A stretch of DNA of 64,000 nucleotides, taken from contig JBBRPR010000008.1 in the NCBI GenBank assembly GCA_038227875.1, positions 64,001-128,000 on the forward strand, written 5' to 3'. Every line of letters begins with the position of its first letter. Position 1 is the stretch's first letter. The position numbers and the translations under genes were made by a program. Below, in pieces: positions 47,915-58,493 of the stretch. This stretch comes from Planctomycetota bacterium. GTDB taxonomy: Bacteria; Planctomycetota; SZUA-567; H5-PLA8. The notes under the pieces are model-generated. The model saw only the letters and a list, made by a program, of their open reading frames with translations, had not been told where the DNA came from and made no database searches.

Positions 47915-49141
47915 TTACTTCTTAATCAGCCGCCGCACTTCCTCACAATCCTTGTCGCCGCGCCCGCTCAGGCAGATCACCACGACCTTGCCCTTGCCGA
48001 GTTGCTTGGCGACCTTGCACGCGTTGGAGATCGCGTGGCTGCTTTCCAGCGCGGGAATGATGCCTTCCAGCCGCGCCAAACGCTGCAGCGCTTCCAGCGC
48101 TTCGCTATCGGTGCAGGATTGGTATTCGGCGCGGCCGGTGTCGCGCAACCACGCGTGTTCAGGGCCGACGCCTGGGTAGTCGAGCCCCGCCGACACCGAG
48201 TGAACTTGCGCCGTCTGTCCGTCGGCGTCCTGCAGCACGTAGGTCTTCATGCCGTGGAGGACGCCTTGCACGCCCTTGGCCAGCGTCGCCGCGTGTTGCT
48301 GCGTGTCGACGCCGTGCCCGGCCGCTTCCACGCCGATCAGGCGCACGGCTTTGTCTTCAAGGAACGGGTAGAAAATGCCCATCGCGTTACTGCCGCCGCC
48401 GACGCACGCGACGACCGCATCGGGCAGGCGGCCTTCCAGCTTCGTGATCTGCTCTTTCACTTCCTTACCGATGATGGATTGAAAATCGCGGACCATCATC
48501 GGGAACGGATGCGGTCCCATCACCGATCCGATCACGTAATGTGTGTCGCGGACCGAGGCCATCCAATCGCGCATCGCTTCGTTGCAGGCGTCCTTCAATG
48601 TCTTCTGCCCGCTCTGCACGGAGACGACTTTGCTGCCGAGCAGTTCCATGCGGAACACGTTCAGCGCCTGGCGTCGCACGTCTTCGGCGCCCATGTAGAC
48701 GCAGCATTCCATGCCGAAGAGCGCCGCGGCCGTGGCGGTCGCGACGCCATGCTGGCCGGCGCCGGTTTCGGCGATCACGCGCTTCTTGCCCATGCGTCGG
48801 GTCAGCAGCACCTGGCCGAGCGTGCTGTTAATCTTGTGCGCGCCGGTGTGATTCAAATCTTCGCGCTTGAGGTAAATTGTGGCACCGCCGACTTCCGCCG
48901 TCAGGCGTGCGGCCAGCGTGAGCGGATTGGGCCGGCCGACGTAATCGCGCAGCAGCGCATCGAGCTCCGCCTTGAACGCCGGATCGGCCTGCGCCGCGGC
49001 GTAATGCTTTTCAAGTTCCAGGCAGGCGGGCATCAGCGTTTCGGGGACGAAACGGCCGCCGAATCCGGCCTCGCCGCCGAAATATCCGCGGGCATCGGGT
49101 TGAGTCTGAATTGGGGCGGTTGCGGGCACGGCGGGCTCCAT
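47915..49141 (-). CDS. trpB: Tryptophan synthase beta subunit (no trpA nearby)
   Basis: [34 protein letters not shown] and LSGRGDKD motifs. Confidence 0.97.
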   Translation of the reverse strand: MEPAVPATAPIQTQPDARGYFGGEAGFGGRFVPETLMPACLELEKHYAAAQADPAFKAELDALLRDYVGRPNPLTLAARLTAEVGGATIYLKREDLNHTGAHKINSTLGQVLLTRRMGKKRVIAETGAGQHGVATATAAALFGMECCVYMGAEDVRRQALNVFRMELLGSKVVSVQSGQKTLKDACNEAMRDWMASVRDTHYVIGSVMGPHPFPMMVRDFQSIIGKEVKEQITKLEGRLPDAVVACVGGGSNAMGIFYPFLEDKAVRLIGVEAAGHGVDTQQHAATLAKGVQGVLHGMKTYVLQDADGQTAQVHSVSAGLDYPGVGPEHAWLRDTGRAEYQSCTDSEALEALQRLARLEGIIPALESSHAISNACKVAKQLGKGKVVVICLSGRGDKDCEEVRRLIKK

Positions 49142-49379
49142 TCTCGTTGCTCTCGCTGGCACTGCTGCCGGCGGTACGGTTCGACTGCGACGCAAAGCTG
49201 TTGGACGCGTCACGTAGAGAGATTAAACTTCCCCACAGATTCGGCAACTGCAATGTCAGGCGCTACAGCGGGCGAAGACTGAAGTTTTCGCCGCCTCGCG
49301 CGTCTATTTTGCAGTATACGGCCCCGGTCGCCGTCAGGTTGGAATTGAATGAAATAATAATCGAGAGGAAGAGGGAGCA

Positions 49380-50372
49380 ATGAGTTCCGTCGACGTCCAG
49401 CAGATCAAAGAGCAGGTCCTCAAGCACCACGACAAACTCGAACAGGTGAAATTGGAAGTCCGCAAGGTCCTCGTCGGCCAGGACGTGATGCTTTCGCGGC
49501 TCCTCATCGCGCTGCTGACCGGCGGTCACGTGCTGCTGGAAGGCGTGCCGGGACTCGCGAAAACCACCGCGATCAAGGCGCTCTCCAAAGCGATCCACTG
49601 CAAGTTTAACCGCATCCAGTTCACGCCCGATCTGCTTCCGGCCGACTTGATCGGCACGCTGATCTACAACCCGCGCGAAGGCAGCTTCAGCACCAAGAAG
49701 GGCCCGGTCTTCGCCAACATGATCCTCGCCGACGAAATCAATCGCGCGCCATCGAAGGTCCAGTCCGCTCTGCTGGAAGCGATGCAGGAACACCAGGTCA
49801 CCATCGGCGATCAGAGCTACCCGCTGGAAGATCCGTTCCTGGTCCTTGCCACGCAGAATCCGATCGAGCAGGAAGGTACTTACCCGCTTCCCGAAGCGCA
49901 GGTCGACCGCTTCATGTTGAAAGTCGTCGTCAACTACCCGACCAAGGCCGAAGAACGCAAAGTCGTCGACACGGTGCTCGACGATATCCAGCGCGACGTA
50001 AAACCGGTGCTTGAGCCCGCGGCGCTCCTGGAGATGCGCCGCACGGTCGCCTCCATTTATATGGACGATAAAGTGAAGGACTACGTGCTCGACGTGGTCT
50101 CCGCCACGCGCGATCCGGAAGCGTACAAACTTCCGCAGCTCAAAAATCTCATCGAATACGGCGCCTCGCCGCGCGCCTCGATCAACCTCTGCGTCGCCGC
50201 GCGCGCGAACGCGTTTCTCTCCGGCCGCGGCTACGTGACGCCGCAGGACATCAAGGAAATCGCCTACGACGTGCTGCGCCACCGCGTGATCCTGACGTAC
50301 GAGGCGGAAGCGGAAGAACAGACGCCGGAAGACGTGGTGAAGAAGGTGCTGGATTCGATTCCGGTCCCTTAG
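49380..50372 (+). CDS. moxR: MoxR family AAA+ ATPase
   Basis: GVPGLAKT, RIQFTPDLLP, DEINRA and ATQNPIEQEGTY motifs. Confidence 0.95.
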   Translation: MSSVDVQQIKEQVLKHHDKLEQVKLEVRKVLVGQDVMLSRLLIALLTGGHVLLEGVPGLAKTTAIKALSKAIHCKFNRIQFTPDLLPADLIGTLIYNPREGSFSTKKGPVFANMILADEINRAPSKVQSALLEAMQEHQVTIGDQSYPLEDPFLVLATQNPIEQEGTYPLPEAQVDRFMLKVVVNYPTKAEERKVVDTVLDDIQRDVKPVLEPAALLEMRRTVASIYMDDKVKDYVLDVVSATRDPEAYKLPQLKNLIEYGASPRASINLCVAARANAFLSGRGYVTPQDIKEIAYDVLRHRVILTYEAEAEEQTPEDVVKKVLDSIPVP

Positions 50373-50474
50373 CGAATAATTTTGAATTTTGAATTGTGTT
50401 TGGCAAAAAAGTGCGGAACCGGGTGAGCGACGATTCAGTCGAACGTAATTAAGAATTAAAAATTGCAGGCACCC

Positions 50475-51356
50475 ATGCGTGATCTAACAGAAGTATTAAA
50501 AGAAGTCCGCCGCATCCAGATCGTTGCCAATCGGCAGGTCAACGACATCCTGGCCGGCGAGTATCTGAGCGTCTTCAAAGGCCGAGGGATGGAGTTCGAT
50601 TCCGTCCGCGAATACGTGCCGGGCGACGAGATCCGCAATATCGATTGGAACGTCACCGCGCGCACCGGCGCGCCGTATGTCAAAAAATTCCAGGAAGAGC
50701 GCGAGCTCACTGTCATTCTCGCGGTCGACATTTCGGCGTCGGGGTCGTTCGGATCGCTGCGTCTGTCCAAGATGGACACGGCGGCGGAAGTCGCGGCAGT
50801 GCTGATGTTCAGCGCGCTGAAAAATCACGACAAGGTCGGGCTGCTGCTCTTCGCGTCCGACGTCGTGCGCTACATGCCGCCGCGCAAGGGGCGCTCGAAC
50901 GTGCTGCGGTTGATCCGCGATCTGCTCAGCGTCGAACCCGTGCGCGAGCCGACGAGCATCGATAATGCGCTGCAGTTCCTCGGCCGCGTGCAGAAGCGCA
51001 AATGCGTCGTCTTCCTGATGAGCGATTTTCTCGGCACGGAATACTCCAAGTCGCTGGCCGTCGCCAACACGCGCCACGATGTGGTCGCGATTACGCTCAG
51101 CGACCCGCGCGAACGCGAGTTGCCGGACGTGGGTTTCATCACCTTGCAGGACGCGGAAACCGGCGAGCTGCTGGAGCTCGACACGCGCCACAAACGCGTG
51201 CGCGAACTCTTCGCGCAGAACGCGGCGAAGCGCGAGCAGAAACTGAGCGACTCGCTGCGGCGCGTCTCGGTCGACAGGCTGGACATCCGCACCGATCAGT
51301 CGTACGCGCTGAGTTTGCAGCACTTTTTCAAGATGCGCGAACGGCGGCAGCGGTAG
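50475..51356 (+). CDS. DUF58 family protein
   Basis: FKGRGMEFDSVREY.PGD and IDWNVTAR motifs. Confidence 0.93.
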   Translation: MRDLTEVLKEVRRIQIVANRQVNDILAGEYLSVFKGRGMEFDSVREYVPGDEIRNIDWNVTARTGAPYVKKFQEERELTVILAVDISASGSFGSLRLSKMDTAAEVAAVLMFSALKNHDKVGLLLFASDVVRYMPPRKGRSNVLRLIRDLLSVEPVREPTSIDNALQFLGRVQKRKCVVFLMSDFLGTEYSKSLAVANTRHDVVAITLSDPRERELPDVGFITLQDAETGELLELDTRHKRVRELFAQNAAKREQKLSDSLRRVSVDRLDIRTDQSYALSLQHFFKMRERRQR

Positions 51357-51361
51357 TGGGG

Positions 51362-51389
51362 AGGACTCAGGACTCGAGTCCTGAGTCCT
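51362..51389. repeat. Perfect 28-bp palindrome of AGGACTC heptamers
   Basis: AGGACTCAGGACTCGAGTCCTGAGTCCT. Confidence 0.85.
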
Positions 51390-51422
51390 ATTTTGAGCAT
51401 GTTCTGGTCAGGGCGTTGGACT

Positions 51423-52466
51423 ATGCAGAAGCGCAGATACATTAAAGGGAGGGCCGCACCTGCGCTGGCGGCGCTATGCCTGATCGGTCTGTTCGGCTGC
51501 GACGAGAACGCCCCTCAAAAAGACGCCGCGCCGAAAGCGCCGGACGCGTCCACAGTTTTGGAGAAGTCCGCCGAAAAAGGCCCGGTGAAGCTGACCGTTC
51601 GTATCTCGCCGAAAGCGCCGCGACTGTCGGATTTGATCGAACTCGACGTAATCGTGCAGGCGCCCGCGGACATCGAAATCAAAGCGCCGCCGTTCGGCAA
51701 ATCGGTCGGCGAATTTCTGATCAACGATTACAACGAACGAACTCCGCGCACGGAAAAAGATCTGCGCATTCAGCAATTTCATTACGTGCTCGAACCGCAG
51801 CACACCGGGCGGCATCTGATCCGCTCGATCAGCGTGGAATTCAAATCCAAAGCCGCCGACGCAAAGTCGAGCACCATCGAAACCGAGCCGCTCGATGTAA
51901 CTGTGACCTCGCCGGAAGAAGCCAACGCCGCGGATCTCGACAACCTCGCGCCCGCATCGCCGCCAGTAGAATTGCCGCGCCGCTTGCCGCCAGCGTGGGT
52001 GCTCGCGCTGATCGGCCTCGGCGCGTGCGGGCTGATTGTGTTCATCTTCTACTACGGGAGGCTTCAGAAGACTCAGGTGAGGAAGGTCATTCAGAAATCG
52101 CCGGAGCAGATCGCGAAAGAAGAACTCGCGGCGTTGCTGGCCGAAAATCTGCCCGCGCAGGGACTGTTCAAGGAATTCTATGTGCGGCTGACGGGTATCG
52201 TGCGCCGCTACATTGAGCGCACGACCGGCCTGCATGCGCCGGAGCAGACGACGGAGGAATTCCTGCGCGACATGCACTTCCGCAAAGTATTCCCGCCGGA
52301 ACGCGCCGAGCAGCTCGCCAGTTTTCTCGAAGCGGCCGACATGGTGAAGTACGCCGGTCTGGAACCGGGGCAGCGCCAGATCGAAGAAGCGATCGCGCGG
52401 GCGCAGGAGTTCGTTGGATTGTCCTCGGCCTTTGCGCCGATGCCGAGTCAGGCGACCGTTAAATGA
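51423..52466 (+). CDS. bat-operon membrane protein/lipoprotein
   Basis: Lipobox-like LFGC, TM helix, RRYIE...QTTEEFL and ADMVKYA. Confidence 0.8.
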   Translation: MQKRRYIKGRAAPALAALCLIGLFGCDENAPQKDAAPKAPDASTVLEKSAEKGPVKLTVRISPKAPRLSDLIELDVIVQAPADIEIKAPPFGKSVGEFLINDYNERTPRTEKDLRIQQFHYVLEPQHTGRHLIRSISVEFKSKAADAKSSTIETEPLDVTVTSPEEANAADLDNLAPASPPVELPRRLPPAWVLALIGLGACGLIVFIFYYGRLQKTQVRKVIQKSPEQIAKEELAALLAENLPAQGLFKEFYVRLTGIVRRYIERTTGLHAPEQTTEEFLRDMHFRKVFPPERAEQLASFLEAADMVKYAGLEPGQRQIEEAIARAQEFVGLSSAFAPMPSQATVK

Positions 52467-52488
52467 ATGGGATGTGATTTAAGAATCC

Positions 52489-53553
52489 ATGGGCAGCTTC
52501 CGCTTCTACTCACCGTTTGTGCTGATCCTCGTGCCGCTGGCGCTGTTGGCGCTGTGGCGCGCGCACCGCTCGCGGTATGCGGCGGCCGTGACCTTCTCCA
52601 GCCTTGCGGATCTGAAGTCGCTGCCCGTGACGCTGGCCCAGAAATTCAAAGGCACGCTGCCTTATATTTACGGACTGGGATTGAGCCTCATGATCGTCGC
52701 CGTCGCGCGGCCGCAGCAGGGCATCTCTTCGTCGGTCACGCACACTGACGGCATCGCCATCGAGATGCTGATCGACATTTCCGGCTCGATGAAGGCCATC
52801 GACTTTCAGCTCAACGACAAAAGCATCAGCCGCGTCGAGACAGTGAAATACGTCTTCGAACAGTTCGTGGAAGGTTCCAAAGACCGCAAACTGACCGGCC
52901 GGCCCAACGATCTAATCGGCCTCGTCGCCTTCGGCGGCTACGCCGACAGCAAATGTCCGCTGACACTCGACCACGGCGTGCTGCTGGACGTGTTGCATTC
53001 GCTCAACGTCCCGCGCGAAATCCGCAACCAGAATGGCGAGACCATCAATGGCGAGGAACTTCAGACCGCCATCGGCGACGGCCTGACGACCGCGCTGGAC
53101 CGTTTGAAATCCATCGACGCGAAAAGCAAGATTGTGATTCTGCTCACTGACGGCGACAACGATTTCGGCATCGTCGATCCCCGCGACGCCGCGCAGGCGG
53201 CCAAGGCGTTGGGCTACAAAGTTTACTGCATCGGCATCGGTCATGACGGCGTCGTGCCGGTGCCGGTGGAGGACGGGTACGGCAACACGCATCTGGTCCA
53301 GGCGCGCTTTCACATTGACGAAGATCTGCTCCGCGACATTGCCAAAATCACCGGCGGAAAATACTGGCACGCATCAGATGTAGATGCGCTGACACAAGTC
53401 TACGCCGAGATCGACAAGCTTGAAAAGTCCAAGGTCGAACAGTTAACGTACACGGAGTACCGTGAGCTCTACCCGTGGCTCGCGCTGCCGGGATTGTTCC
53501 TGGTGGTCATGGTTTCGTTGGCCGGAGCGACGCGCTTCCGGTCGTTGCCGTAA
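52489..53553 (+). CDS. batA: BatA-like VWA domain membrane protein
   Basis: ARPQ, DISGSM (MIDAS), TAIGDG and LLTDG motifs. Confidence 0.88.
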   Translation: MGSFRFYSPFVLILVPLALLALWRAHRSRYAAAVTFSSLADLKSLPVTLAQKFKGTLPYIYGLGLSLMIVAVARPQQGISSSVTHTDGIAIEMLIDISGSMKAIDFQLNDKSISRVETVKYVFEQFVEGSKDRKLTGRPNDLIGLVAFGGYADSKCPLTLDHGVLLDVLHSLNVPREIRNQNGETINGEELQTAIGDGLTTALDRLKSIDAKSKIVILLTDGDNDFGIVDPRDAAQAAKALGYKVYCIGIGHDGVVPVPVEDGYGNTHLVQARFHIDEDLLRDIAKITGGKYWHASDVDALTQVYAEIDKLEKSKVEQLTYTEYRELYPWLALPGLFLVVMVSLAGATRFRSLP

Positions 53554-53573
53554 GGAAGGGAAGGGAGCACGCA

Positions 53574-56531
53574 GTGGACTCGTCGTTCGAGTGGCTTCAT
53601 CCCGAAGCCCTGATTTTGATTCTCCCGGTCTGCGGACTCTGGCTGGCGCTGGCGCTCTTCGCGCGTTCGCGCCGCCGCCGCGCGGCGCAGTCGTTCGTCG
53701 CCGCGGCGATGCTCCCGCGCATCATCCCGGCGGAATCCAACGGCGGATTCTGGGCCAAGACGATCCTCACCGGCGCGGCGTTCGCCTTCGCGCTGATGGC
53801 GCTGGCGCAGCCGCGCTTCGGCTTCACGTTGGAAGAAGTAAAATCGCGCGGCAGCGACATCTACATCATGATCGACGTCTCGCGCTCGATGCTCGCCGAC
53901 GACGTCCCGCCCAGCCGCCTTGAGCGCGCCAAGGCCGATGTTAACGGACTCGTCAACCGTCTGCGCGGCGAACGCGTCGGCTTGATCGCATTCGCCGGCG
54001 TGGCGATGGTGAAATGCCCGCTGACCACCGACTACAATTTTTTCCGCATGGCGCTGAGCGACCTGAGTCCCAACAGCGTGCCCAAGGGCGGCACCGCCAT
54101 CGGCGACGCCATTAGCAAAGCCCTGGATGTGCTGCCTAAGGAGAACGAGCGCGAGCAGGCGATTCTGCTGATCACCGACGGCGACGATCAGAATTCTTCG
54201 CCGCTGGAAGCTGCCGCCGCGGCCGCGGAACGTTCCGTCACGATTTTCACCGTGGGGCTTGGCGACACCGCGCAGGGTGCGCGAATTCCGATGAGCGACG
54301 CGCCGAACCACGCGTTCATGGCGTATAAGGGCGAGCAGGTCTGGAGCAAGATGGACGAGAAGCTGCTCGAAGAAATTGCGCTGAAGACGCACGGCACGTA
54401 CGTTCCGGCCCGCACGCGCGCTTATGATCTCGGTGAGCTGTACGCCAGCCATCTCGCCAAAATGCGCGGCGGCGAAGGTGCCACGGAAAAACGCAAACGG
54501 CCGCTGGAGCAATTTCAGTGGTTCCTCGCCGCGTCGGTGTTGTGTCTGATCGCCGACCTGCTGATCCGCCGCCACGCGCCGAGCTCCGTTACGTTTTCTC
54601 CGGCTCCGAAACCGAAGGCAAAGTCGAAGCCGCTCGCTACAGCTGTTCGTGTTGCGCCACTGTTGCTGTTGGCATTGCTGGTTCCGTCCGCCCGCGCTGG
54701 CGAGGAGCGGGAGTTGGTGCGGCAAGGTTTGGAGCTATTCAAAAAGAGCGACTTTGAAGGCGCGAAAGAGAGATTCAGCAAGGCCGCCGACGAGGCTGGC
54801 AAGGACAAGGAGCAGACGTTCGAAGACGCCGCGCGCGTGGCCTTCGATCTTGCTTGCGCGTTTCAGAAGAAGGGTGAAGCCGATCACGCTCGCGAAAATT
54901 ACCTGAAGTCGGCGCTGGCAAAGGACAAGTCGATCGCCGCCTCGTCTAAGTTCAATCTCGGATTGCTCGCATCCGAAGCGGCGAAAATGCTGGCCGGCGA
55001 ACATCCCGATCAGGTGCCGCCGGAAAAGCGCAATGAAATTCTGGAAAAGCTAAAGGAAGCCGTGCTGAGTTTCCGCGCGTGCCTGGAGATCCAGCCCGAC
55101 CGCGCCGACGCGCGCAAGAACATCGAGCTCATCCGCCTCTGGACCAAGCTCTACACCGACAAATGGCGCGAGCTCGACAAGCGCAAAGCGCGCGAGCAGG
55201 CGAATCTGATTCAATACCTCGAATTCATCATGGAATCGGAGCGGGCGCTGCGCGAGTCGGTGCTGGCGCTCAAGCCCGAGGATAATTTCGACATCTTCGC
55301 GCTCCACAAGCAGGCGCAGCAGGAACTGCTCGACGAAATCGGACCGCTGAAAGATAAAATCAAAACGACACTCAAGCCGCCCAAACAGGCAGCGCAAAAC
55401 GGCCAGCCGCAGCAACCGCCGCCGCCGGAACTCACCGCCGAGCAGGAGAAGCAGCTCGACGAAGCGATCGCGGCGATGCAGCAGTGGGCCGGGGCCTCTG
55501 GTGTGAAAATGAAGGAGGCGGCGGAGTTCCTCGATAGCCGCTCGCCGGACAAGGCCGCGCCCTCGCAGAAAGAAGCTGTGGCGGAGCTCGAGAAGATCTG
55601 GGATGTCGTCGTGCCGTTCAATCTGCTGCTGGCGCACGATCTGGCCAGCGAGACGGCGATCGTCAACGTGCTCAAACCGGAAGGGAACCGCGAGCATGGC
55701 AGCGTCGAACCGCTGGGAAAAATTTTCGACTGGTTCGACAATCTGCAGAGCATCAAGAAGCGCGCCGAAGCACCGAAGGCCGCGCCGCCGCCGGAAAATG
55801 CTCCGCCGCTGGTTTTGAGCTCGCAGGCGACGCATGACGAAGACGCGCAGTTGGCCGAGTTGCAGGAGCGGACGTCGCGGCGCACGGAGTTGCTGAAAAC
55901 GAAGGCCGAGATGGAATTGCAGCAGCTGGAAAAGCAGCCCAAGCAGCCGGAGCCCCCGCCGCCGGATCCGAATAATCCCGCTCCCAAACCGCCGGACCCG
56001 GAGAAGGTGAAGGAGGGCCTGAAAAAAGCGATCGAACTGGCGCCGAAAGCAGTCGAACATGAAAATGGCGCGCTGAAAGCGCTGCGGAAGAACGACCGCG
56101 CCGCCGCGACTCCGGAGGCCGAAGAGGCCAAGCGGATCCTCGAAGAAATTCTAAAAGCGCAGCCGCGCGACGAACAGAAGGACAAGCAGGATCAGGAAAA
56201 GAAAGAGCAGGAGAAGAAAGAACAGGAAAAGAAGGACCAGCAGAAAAAAGATCAGGAGAAGAAGGACCAGGAAAAGAAAGATCAGGAAAAGAAGGATCAG
56301 GAGAAGAAAGAGCAGGAGAAAAAGGATCAGGAAAAGAAGGACGCCGACAAAGACAAGGAGAGGGATAAAGAGAAAAAGGACCAGCCCAAGCCCGACAAGC
56401 AGCAGATGTCGAAGGAGCAGGCCGAGGCGATTTTGCGCAAGGTTCGGGAACGGGAGCAGCAGCACCGCAAGGAAAAAGAAGAGCAGGCGCGGATTCTCGG
56501 CGGCTCGGCTACAGTAGACAAGGATTGGTAA
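53574..56531 (+). CDS. BatB/BatC-like VWA-TPR fusion with helical insert and EKKDQ repeats
   Basis: DVSRSM, LITDG, TPR-like helices, C-terminal ...VDKDW. GTG start inferred from RBS. Confidence 0.85.
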   Translation: MDSSFEWLHPEALILILPVCGLWLALALFARSRRRRAAQSFVAAAMLPRIIPAESNGGFWAKTILTGAAFAFALMALAQPRFGFTLEEVKSRGSDIYIMIDVSRSMLADDVPPSRLERAKADVNGLVNRLRGERVGLIAFAGVAMVKCPLTTDYNFFRMALSDLSPNSVPKGGTAIGDAISKALDVLPKENEREQAILLITDGDDQNSSPLEAAAAAAERSVTIFTVGLGDTAQGARIPMSDAPNHAFMAYKGEQVWSKMDEKLLEEIALKTHGTYVPARTRAYDLGELYASHLAKMRGGEGATEKRKRPLEQFQWFLAASVLCLIADLLIRRHAPSSVTFSPAPKPKAKSKPLATAVRVAPLLLLALLVPSARAGEERELVRQGLELFKKSDFEGAKERFSKAADEAGKDKEQTFEDAARVAFDLACAFQKKGEADHARENYLKSALAKDKSIAASSKFNLGLLASEAAKMLAGEHPDQVPPEKRNEILEKLKEAVLSFRACLEIQPDRADARKNIELIRLWTKLYTDKWRELDKRKAREQANLIQYLEFIMESERALRESVLALKPEDNFDIFALHKQAQQELLDEIGPLKDKIKTTLKPPKQAAQNGQPQQPPPPELTAEQEKQLDEAIAAMQQWAGASGVKMKEAAEFLDSRSPDKAAPSQKEAVAELEKIWDVVVPFNLLLAHDLASETAIVNVLKPEGNREHGSVEPLGKIFDWFDNLQSIKKRAEAPKAAPPPENAPPLVLSSQATHDEDAQLAELQERTSRRTELLKTKAEMELQQLEKQPKQPEPPPPDPNNPAPKPPDPEKVKEGLKKAIELAPKAVEHENGALKALRKNDRAAATPEAEEAKRILEEILKAQPRDEQKDKQDQEKKEQEKKEQEKKDQQKKDQEKKDQEKKDQEKKDQEKKEQEKKDQEKKDADKDKERDKEKKDQPKPDKQQMSKEQAEAILRKVREREQQHRKEKEEQARILGGSATVDKDW
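56170..56340 (+). repeat. Coding 15-bp tandem repeat (QEKKD/E)n
   Basis: CAGGAAAAGAAAGAT-type units, about 10 copies. Confidence 0.85.
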
Positions 56532-56546
56532 CGCCAACACACGAGC

Positions 56547-58493
56547 ATGCAAGCCATCAGACTCTCACGACACCGTTTCGTTCTGCTCTCCGCGCTGCTG
56601 CTGGCGTTTCAAGCGCTGGGCGGATCTTCGTTTGCCGGTGAAGCGGACGACGGGCCCGAACTGAACGTGCAGCTGGATCCCAAGGATATTTTTATGGGCG
56701 AGACGGCGACGTATCTCGTCCAGGTCCGCAATTTGAAAAACGGCGCGAAGCCCAATCTCTCCGACTTCGACAAGGACTTTTCCGTCAAGGAAGCCGGCGA
56801 CCAGTCGCAGAACTCGACCTCGGTCAACTGGGTCAACGGCAACGTCACGCAGCGCACCGTTTACGCGCACATTTATCAGTACACACTTTCTCCGAAACGC
56901 GCCGGACTGCTCACGGTGCCGGCGCCGTTCATCACCGTCGATGGCCAGAAGTTCGTGGGCGTGCCGTCGCAGTTGAACGTGCGCTCGCAGGAAAAACAGG
57001 ACATCGTCCTTGCTGAAATCGTGCCGAGCAAAACGCGCGTCTACCCGACGCAGCCGTTCGATGTGACGCTGCGCATCTTGATCCGGCCGACGCCGACGCT
57101 TGAAACGCGCGAACCGCTCTCGCTGCTGGAGCGCCCCGTGGACCTGCAGTTGGACTGGGTCGAACCGGTCGGCGGGCTGTCGACGGGCGATGCCTCCAGT
57201 TGGCTCTCACCTCTGCTTAGCCACTCTGGAAAAGGCTTTACGATCAACGGCCTGACCTCGCAGGACAACAATCCCTTCTCGATGCTCGACGGTCCGCGAG
57301 CAGCCGTGTTCAACCTGAGCGTTCCCGCGCGCGAAAAGCGCAACGGTACCGACGGCAAGCCAATCGACTACTACGTCTACGAATTGAAGCGCACGTTCAC
57401 GCCGCAGCGGATCGGCACATTCACTTTCGGCGGCGCCACCTTAAAAGGGACGTTCGCCGAGAAAGTGAATGGCCGGCAGTACACGCCGCGGCGACTGGTG
57501 ATGAATATTCCACCCGCGACGGTGGAAGTCCACGACGTCCCGGCTCCGGCGCCGCCGACGTATTGCGGCGCGCTCGGGACATATAAACTTACCGCCGCCG
57601 CCACGCCCCTGGCGCTCCGCGTCGGCGATCCGCTCACGTTGAAGCTGGAATTCGAACGCGGCAAAGACGGCGGCGCGCTGGAGCTGATCTCCGCGCCGGA
57701 CATCTCCGCCGTGCCGCAGATCGCATCCGATTTTGAAGTGATCGACAAAGCGCCCACCGGCGAAGTAAGCGGCTCGAAGAAGACTTTTTCCTACGGCCTG
57801 CGTCCGAAGAAGCCCGGCGCGACGATTCCCGCGCTGACGGTCTCCGTTTTCAGCGTGGAGAAAGAGAAGTTCTCAGAGCTGACTACGCCGCCGATCGCTT
57901 TGAACGTGACGCAGACGTCGCAGGTCGGCGCGGCGGATCTGATCTCCGGGAGCGCGACGCAGAAAGCGCTCGATATCAAAAACCGCACTGGCGGCGTGGT
58001 GCAGAATTTTCAGGACATCACCGCGCTGCAAGACCAGAGCGCCAATCCCGTGCACTATGCCCTGGCCGCCGTGTTGATGTGGATCGCGTGCGGCGCCGCG
58101 AGTTTCCTGGTTTCGCGCCGGCGCCATCTGGCCAACGACGCCGCCTGGCAGCGCCGTCAGCGCGCGCGGCCGGATGCCGAGGCGAATTTGAAGCAGGCGC
58201 GCGAAGCGCTCGGAAAATCGGACGCGGCCACCGCCGGAAAGTTCACGCGCGATGCCGTGGCGGGAATGATCGGCAATCTGCTCGACCTGCCTATCGCCGG
58301 CATGACCGCAAAAGAAGCCAATACCGCGCTGACGACCGCGAAGGCCAGCGAACCCACGCGCAAAGCCGCCGTGGAGCTGCTCGAGAGTATTGAAGCGCTG
58401 GAGTACGCGCCGGCCGCCGGCCAGAACGTCGCCGGCATGGTCGAGTCCGCCGGAAAACTGCTGCCGGAATTGCAGCGGGAGTTGAGCCGATGA
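56547..58493 (+). CDS. batD: BatD-like protein
   Basis: Signal peptide, beta-rich repeats (S...VNG, VGDPLTL), C-terminal TM, operon position. Confidence 0.8.
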   Translation: MQAIRLSRHRFVLLSALLLAFQALGGSSFAGEADDGPELNVQLDPKDIFMGETATYLVQVRNLKNGAKPNLSDFDKDFSVKEAGDQSQNSTSVNWVNGNVTQRTVYAHIYQYTLSPKRAGLLTVPAPFITVDGQKFVGVPSQLNVRSQEKQDIVLAEIVPSKTRVYPTQPFDVTLRILIRPTPTLETREPLSLLERPVDLQLDWVEPVGGLSTGDASSWLSPLLSHSGKGFTINGLTSQDNNPFSMLDGPRAAVFNLSVPAREKRNGTDGKPIDYYVYELKRTFTPQRIGTFTFGGATLKGTFAEKVNGRQYTPRRLVMNIPPATVEVHDVPAPAPPTYCGALGTYKLTAAATPLALRVGDPLTLKLEFERGKDGGALELISAPDISAVPQIASDFEVIDKAPTGEVSGSKKTFSYGLRPKKPGATIPALTVSVFSVEKEKFSELTTPPIALNVTQTSQVGAADLISGSATQKALDIKNRTGGVVQNFQDITALQDQSANPVHYALAAVLMWIACGAASFLVSRRRHLANDAAWQRRQRARPDAEANLKQAREALGKSDAATAGKFTRDAVAGMIGNLLDLPIAGMTAKEANTALTTAKASEPTRKAAVELLESIEALEYAPAAGQNVAGMVESAGKLLPELQRELSR

